Shown here piece after piece: positions 59,282 through 64,000 of a DNA stretch of 64,000 nucleotides. Origin of the DNA: Dehalococcoidia bacterium. Its GTDB lineage: Bacteria > Chloroflexota > Dehalococcoidia > Bin125. The stretch's first letter is position 1; each line of letters begins with the position of its first letter. The translations under genes were made by a program, and so were the position numbers. The notes below the pieces were generated by a model, which saw only the letters and a list, made by a program, of their open reading frames with translations, had not been told where the DNA came from and made no database searches. Location of the stretch: the NCBI GenBank assembly GCA_963662615.2, contig CAXXSR010000001.1, positions 192,001-256,000 of the forward strand, given 5' to 3'.

Positions 59282-62200
59282 TTAGGGCGGCGCGCGGCTC
59301 TCCGCCGTTAGCTGATCCAGGGCCCGCTCCAGCCGTTCAAGTTCCTTACCATATCCGGCGAAATCGCCCGCAGCAAGACGCGCTTGGGCGTCCGCGAAGG
59401 CGTCCTGCGCCTCCGCGATCAGGCCCGCCAGGTCCTCCGACGCCTCCCCAGACGGGGGCGACGCGCGCGGCTCGGCCTCCCCGTCCGCGGGCGGTTCCAC
59501 GGTTGCCGGCGGGGAGGGAGCGGTTGGGGCCGGCTCCCCCACGCTGGCCTCGCCCAGCACCTCCGGCGGGACGGTGAAGCCCAGGGCCACAGTGGCCGCC
59601 TCCGCCAACGTCTCCTCCAAGGCGACGCGGTCCCCGTTGACCATGACCACGAACTTCAGCTGCGGGAACAGGGACGTCTCCGCCTGCACGTAGAGCGGCT
59701 CCACGTAGATGAAGGAATCGCCCACGGGAATGAACAGGAGGTTTCCGCGAATGACCTCACTGCCCTCCTGGCCCAGGAGCGTGAACTGGCGGCTCACCGC
59801 AGGCTCTTGGCCAATGCGCGCTTCCACTTGCGCCGGGCCGACCACGTTGCGGTCGGCCGGGAAGCGGAAGGCAAATAAGCGGCCGTAGTGCTCGCCGTCG
59901 CTGCGGCCCGCCATCCAAGCGATCGCGTTCTGACGGATGCGCGGCGTAAACGGCAGGATCAGGAGGAACTCCGGCTCGTCGCCGTCCGGCAGACGCAACG
60001 TCACGTAGTAGGGCTCCACCGGCACCGACTGCTCACGCAGGACCTCCTGCGGAATCGCCCAGATGGCCTCGCGGTTGAACAGGGTTGTGGGATTGGTGAT
60101 GTGGTAGGTCAGGTACTGGTCAGACTGGATCTGGAAAAGGTCCTGGGGATAGCGCCAGTGCTCCCGCAGGTCGGCCGGGAAGGCGCTGCTGGGCCTAAAC
60201 AGCTCTGGGAAGATCTTCTCCCAGACCCGGACGATCGGATCGCGGGGGCTGCCCTGCACCACATCGTCGACGATGTACAGGTCCACCGTCCCGTCGAATG
60301 TGCTGATCACCGCCTTCACCGAGTTGCGGATGTAGTTGACGCCGCTCGAGTGCGGCTGCGAGTAGGGCATGCGATCGCTGGTGGTGTAGGCGTCCTGAAT
60401 CCAGTAAAGACGCCCATCAAGGCCAATGACAACGTAGGGATCGGCGTCCAGGGTCAGGAAGGGCGCCAGCTGCCGCACCCGCTCTTGAATGTTCCGCCGG
60501 AACAAGATCCGGCTGTCACCGTCGATCGCCCCGGAGATGAGGATGTTCGTGTCGGCGAATTCCCAGGCGAAGGCGAGACGCTTGAAGAAGCCGCCCACCT
60601 TGACGCCGCCTGATCCGTCATAGCGGTTGCGCGCTTGGCTTTCCAGCGCCAGCTCCTCCTCCCCGCCGCCGCCGCCCGACAAGGGAAAGTCGAACTCCTC
60701 CTCTTCTGAATTCACGATCACATAGGAGTTCGTTGCCTCACCAAAGTAGATCCGCGGCTGCGCTGTCGCGTCCGCGAACCGCGCCAAGGCGCTCCCTTCG
60801 TTCGCGGCGACACCGTCCAGCTGGGGCGGGATGTTGGAGACCACGAACTCCGGCTGCCCGGCGCCGGTCACCGCATCCACGGGATTCACCGTCACGCCAA
60901 ACCCGTGGGTGAACTGCAGGCGGCTGTTGACCCAGCTCTCTTGGCCGGGCGGCAGGTTGCCCTGGGACAGCTCCCGCGCCGCCAGGAACACCTGCCGAGT
61001 CTCCCCGCCGATCTCGTAGCGGTCCACGTCCACGTCCGGAAAGACGTAGAGCGGCCGGATCGTCTGGATCGTGTTGAGCGTGTCGTTCAGGGGCCGATGA
61101 TCCCAGAGGCGGAGGTTGCGCAGCGCCTCCGGGTTGGTCTCCACGTCGGCAGGGGTCACCGCGTCGTTGGCGGGGAATTGGCGCTCCTCAATGGCGTCCA
61201 GCCCAAAGGCGAACCGCGTGGCCTCAATGTTCCGCGCAATGAACTCGCGCTCGCGCGACAGCTCGTTGGGCTCCACGGTGACGCGCTGGACAATGGCGGG
61301 GTAGATCAGCAGCCCGCCAATGCTCACCAGCACCAGCAACCCCAGCGCGCCTCCGGGCACCAGCAGCCGACGGTGAAAGGGCCAGCTCAGCAGCGCCAGC
61401 CCCACAACGCCGCCCACCGCCATCAGCACCAGGAACACCACGCTGCGCGCATTCACGTCCGTAAATGTGGCGCCGAAGACGGTCCCGTTCTCGCTCACCG
61501 CCAGCTCGAACCGTGCCAGCCAGTAGCCCCAGACGAACAGCCCGATGATGACGGTCAGCAGCACGGCGAGATGGATACGCACGGGGCGTGTCGCGCTGAC
61601 ATTGCCGCCGTAGGTCAGATAGCGATACCCATAGACGGCCACGGTGGCAAGGGCCGTCACAATGGTCAGCCCAACCCCCCATCCCTTGATGAACTGCAGC
61701 GCTTCCAGCTTGAACACATAGAAGCCCACGTCGCGGTTGAACTGCCTGTCGAGTAAACCGAACGGTTCGGCATTGATGAACTGCAGGATCCGTTCCCACT
61801 GCCCCGACGCGATTGCGCCCAGAATGATGCTCATGAACGCCGCCGCCACGACCGTGACGATGATCATCACCCGCCGCACCGCGCCCGGCGAGAAGTCTCG
61901 CAGGGGACTGCGCGGCTCCCCCGTCGCCTCCACGGGAAGGCGCCAGGCGAGCGTCATGCTGCCCAGCAAGTACACCAGCGCGATCCCAAAGCCGGCGAAG
62001 AAGAGCCAGAGGCGCGCCCCAATGCGCGTGTTGAAGACGCCGCGATAGTCCAGCTCGCTGAACCACAGCCGGTCGATGTACAGGCCAATGGCGATATTCG
62101 CCACGATCAGCGCGAGCATCAGGATGACGACGAGAATGAGAATGCGTGGCCACCAGCGCCGGCCCGGGCCCCCGCGCTGGCTCGCCTCATAGGGCGGCGG

Positions 62201-62407
62201 CGGCTCGCGGTCCGGGCCGCCGCTCCCGGTCAGGTCGCGGAAGACCGGTGGCGGCGGGCCCAGATCGCCACTGCGCCCCTCCTCGGACGGTGGGACGTCC
62301 TTCGGCGACGGCTCCTCCGGGCGCTCAGCGTTCGGGTCCCTGCTCTGCGCCCAGCCTCTCCGGCTCCCGCCCGGCACCAGCACCAGCCACCTCCCTCGGG
62401 CGCTCAT
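59282..62407 (-). CDS. UPF0182 family membrane protein
   Basis: LWFSEL.Y..VF, GATFTDV, RLWDHRP, DVDVDRY, THGFG, PRIYFGE, NYIRNSVK, VEPLY. Confidence 0.93.
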   Translation of the reverse strand: MSARGRWLVLVPGGSRRGWAQSRDPNAERPEEPSPKDVPPSEEGRSGDLGPPPPVFRDLTGSGGPDREPPPPYEASQRGGPGRRWWPRILILVVILMLALIVANIAIGLYIDRLWFSELDYRGVFNTRIGARLWLFFAGFGIALVYLLGSMTLAWRLPVEATGEPRSPLRDFSPGAVRRVMIIVTVVAAAFMSIILGAIASGQWERILQFINAEPFGLLDRQFNRDVGFYVFKLEALQFIKGWGVGLTIVTALATVAVYGYRYLTYGGNVSATRPVRIHLAVLLTVIIGLFVWGYWLARFELAVSENGTVFGATFTDVNARSVVFLVLMAVGGVVGLALLSWPFHRRLLVPGGALGLLVLVSIGGLLIYPAIVQRVTVEPNELSREREFIARNIEATRFAFGLDAIEERQFPANDAVTPADVETNPEALRNLRLWDHRPLNDTLNTIQTIRPLYVFPDVDVDRYEIGGETRQVFLAARELSQGNLPPGQESWVNSRLQFTHGFGVTVNPVDAVTGAGQPEFVVSNIPPQLDGVAANEGSALARFADATAQPRIYFGEATNSYVIVNSEEEEFDFPLSGGGGGEEELALESQARNRYDGSGGVKVGGFFKRLAFAWEFADTNILISGAIDGDSRILFRRNIQERVRQLAPFLTLDADPYVVIGLDGRLYWIQDAYTTSDRMPYSQPHSSGVNYIRNSVKAVISTFDGTVDLYIVDDVVQGSPRDPIVRVWEKIFPELFRPSSAFPADLREHWRYPQDLFQIQSDQYLTYHITNPTTLFNREAIWAIPQEVLREQSVPVEPYYVTLRLPDGDEPEFLLILPFTPRIRQNAIAWMAGRSDGEHYGRLFAFRFPADRNVVGPAQVEARIGQEPAVSRQFTLLGQEGSEVIRGNLLFIPVGDSFIYVEPLYVQAETSLFPQLKFVVMVNGDRVALEETLAEAATVALGFTVPPEVLGEASVGEPAPTAPSPPATVEPPADGEAEPRASPPSGEASEDLAGLIAEAQDAFADAQARLAAGDFAGYGKELERLERALDQLTAESRAPP

Positions 62408-63183
62408 GGAGTTTCGATCCGCGTGCCCGTTGCTCCGTCCAAGGCCGCCAGCACCGCCCCACCCTTCCGGCCATCTACAATGCGCGCCGGCGCGCCCGCT
62501 GCGGCGGCCGCCCGGCCCGCCTCAACCTTTGGAAGCATGCCCCCCACCAGCGTGCCGCTTGCGCGCAGCGCTTCGATTCCCGCGCCGTCCAAGGCCGCGA
62601 TCACGCGGCCGTCCTCGTCCAGGATGCCCGGGACGTCCGTGAGGAAGACGAGGCGCTCGGCTTGAATCGCGGTGGCGATGGCGCCGGCCGCGGCGTCGGC
62701 GTTGATGTTGATCAGCTCGCTCCCGTCCGGCGTCAGCCCAATGGGCGCAATGACCGGGAGCCAGCCGGCCTGCAGCAGTGTGAAGAGGATGCTGGGATCG
62801 CAGGTGGGCGCCTCACCCACGTAGCCGAGTCCGCGGCTGCTCAGCGGCGAGCGGATGAGGCCGGCGTCAACGCCGCTGAGGCCGATCACTCGCGCCCCCA
62901 GCCGCGTTAGGCGCTGCACCAACTCCTTGTTCACCAGCCCGGCCAGCACCGCCACGACCGCCGACCGGCTCCCGGCCGTGGTTTTGCGCAGTCCGTCCAC
63001 GAACTCCGTGGGCTCATGCAGCCGCTCCAGCCAAGCAGAGACCGTCGCGCCGCCGCCGTGGACCAGCACCACGGCGAAGCCTTGGCGCTGGAGTTGCGCG
63101 CAGTCCTCCAGCGACGTGTCGCCGGCTCCCAGCGTGCTGCCGCCGATTTTCACGACGATGGGCCGAGACGGGGCGGATATCAT
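62404..63183 (-). CDS. argB: Acetylglutamate kinase
   Basis: VVKIGGS, VHGGG, DGLRKT, NINAD, LTDVPG, GGMLPKV. Confidence 0.95.
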   Translation of the reverse strand: MISAPSRPIVVKIGGSTLGAGDTSLEDCAQLQRQGFAVVLVHGGGATVSAWLERLHEPTEFVDGLRKTTAGSRSAVVAVLAGLVNKELVQRLTRLGARVIGLSGVDAGLIRSPLSSRGLGYVGEAPTCDPSILFTLLQAGWLPVIAPIGLTPDGSELININADAAAGAIATAIQAERLVFLTDVPGILDEDGRVIAALDGAGIEALRASGTLVGGMLPKVEAGRAAAAAGAPARIVDGRKGGAVLAALDGATGTRIETP

Positions 63184-63227
63184 TGCCCCCCAGCCTACGC
63201 GATCGCGCCGCTCCGCCAAAGCCACGG

Positions 63228-64000
63228 CTAGGTCACGTAGTCCGCGTTGAAGCGGACGTACTCTTCGGTCAGGTCGCAGCCCCAGGCTGTCGCCTCCGCC
63301 TGGCCCTGCCCCAGGTCGATGCGGATGCGCACGGTGTCGCCGCGGATCGCCGCCGCCGCCGCGCCCGGCGCCACGCCGGCGCCGGCGCCGTGTTCGAACA
63401 GGAGCTGCTCTCCAAGCCACAGCCGCATGGTCGCCGGGTCGAAGCGTACCCCCGCGTAGCCCGCCGCCATCAAGACTCGGCCCCAGTTCGGATCGCCCTT
63501 GCTGAGGGCGGCCTTGAGGAGAGGGGAGCGCACGACCGTGCGCGCAACTTGCCGCGCCTCCTGCCACGACGCCGCGCCGGTCACCAACGTCTCAATCAGT
63601 TTCGTTGCCCCCTCGCCGTCGCGGGCGATGTCCTGCGCCAGCTTCGTACAGACCTCCAACAGCGCCGCATCGAACGCCGCGATCGCGTCGCTATCGCCGC
63701 CGTCAATGGGCGGCCCGCCGGCCACCCCGTTCGCCAGGATTAGCGCCGTATCGTTCGTGGACGTGTCACCGTCCACGGTGACCATGTTGAACGTGCGGTC
63801 CACGGCGGCGCCAAGGCGCATCCGTAAGACGTCCGCCTCCACGGCGGCGTCCGTGGTGAGAAAGGCCAGCATGGTGGCCATATTCGGGTGGATCATGCCC
63901 GCGCCCTTGCAGCAGCCACCCAAGCGGTAGGTGCGCCCGTGGGCCTGGAACTCCGTCAGCGCTTCCTTGGGGAACGTATCGGTCGTCATGATTGCGCGCG
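63228..64000 (-). CDS. argJ: Ornithine acetyltransferase ArgJ; C-terminal part, start lies outside the window
   Basis: IMTTDT, KGAGMIHPNMATML, DGDTSTND, DGEGATK, DPNWGR, WGCDLT. Confidence 0.96.
   Translation of the reverse strand, partial: RAIMTTDTFPKEALTEFQAHGRTYRLGGCCKGAGMIHPNMATMLAFLTTDAAVEADVLRMRLGAAVDRTFNMVTVDGDTSTNDTALILANGVAGGPPIDGGDSDAIAAFDAALLEVCTKLAQDIARDGEGATKLIETLVTGAASWQEARQVARTVVRSPLLKAALSKGDPNWGRVLMAAGYAGVRFDPATMRLWLGEQLLFEHGAGAGVAPGAAAAAIRGDTVRIRIDLGQGQAEATAWGCDLTEEYVRFNADYVT

Overview
GC-rich bacterial window, probably Chloroflexota/Dehalococcoidia-like. This placement is an inference from the rpmB-fakA-fakB-recG block, the RecG N-terminal extension and lipoproteins with long Pro/Ala linkers. 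A tRNA-Gly(CCC) at 26950-27024 splits it in two. The left part (1-26.9 kb, downstream of the tRNA 3' end) is an accessory nitrogen-catabolism region: branched-chain-type ABC genes, three hydrolases, a DipZ-like thioredoxin, a complete N-methylglutamate (methylamine) pathway (soxBDAG/mgd, gmaS, mgsABC) running directly into a divergent urease operon (ureF-ureAB-ureC-ureG-ureD), a beta-lactamase-fold lipoprotein lacking its catalytic motifs, an IS remnant and a Gly-rich surface protein. The right part is mostly housekeeping (cell-wall genes, gatCA, lrp-aminotransferase, trpS, argS, recG, fakAB, rpmB, rpe, arg operon), with two small A/T-richer insertions: an AlbA_2/Schlafen-like pair and an HTH-ImmA/IrrE + DUF4411 pair. 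The best novelty candidates are (1) the urease with a remodelled substrate pocket linked to methylamine genes, possibly an N-methylurea pathway; (2) an ABC solute-binding lipoprotein with an inserted CxxCH motif; (3) the pseudo-enzyme lipoprotein; (4) the Schlafen-like pair; (5) a repeat-built Met-Trp-Arg leader ORF coupled to argS-trpS. Two single-base frameshifts in homopolymer runs may be sequencing errors. All functional calls come from motif recognition only; no searches were run.
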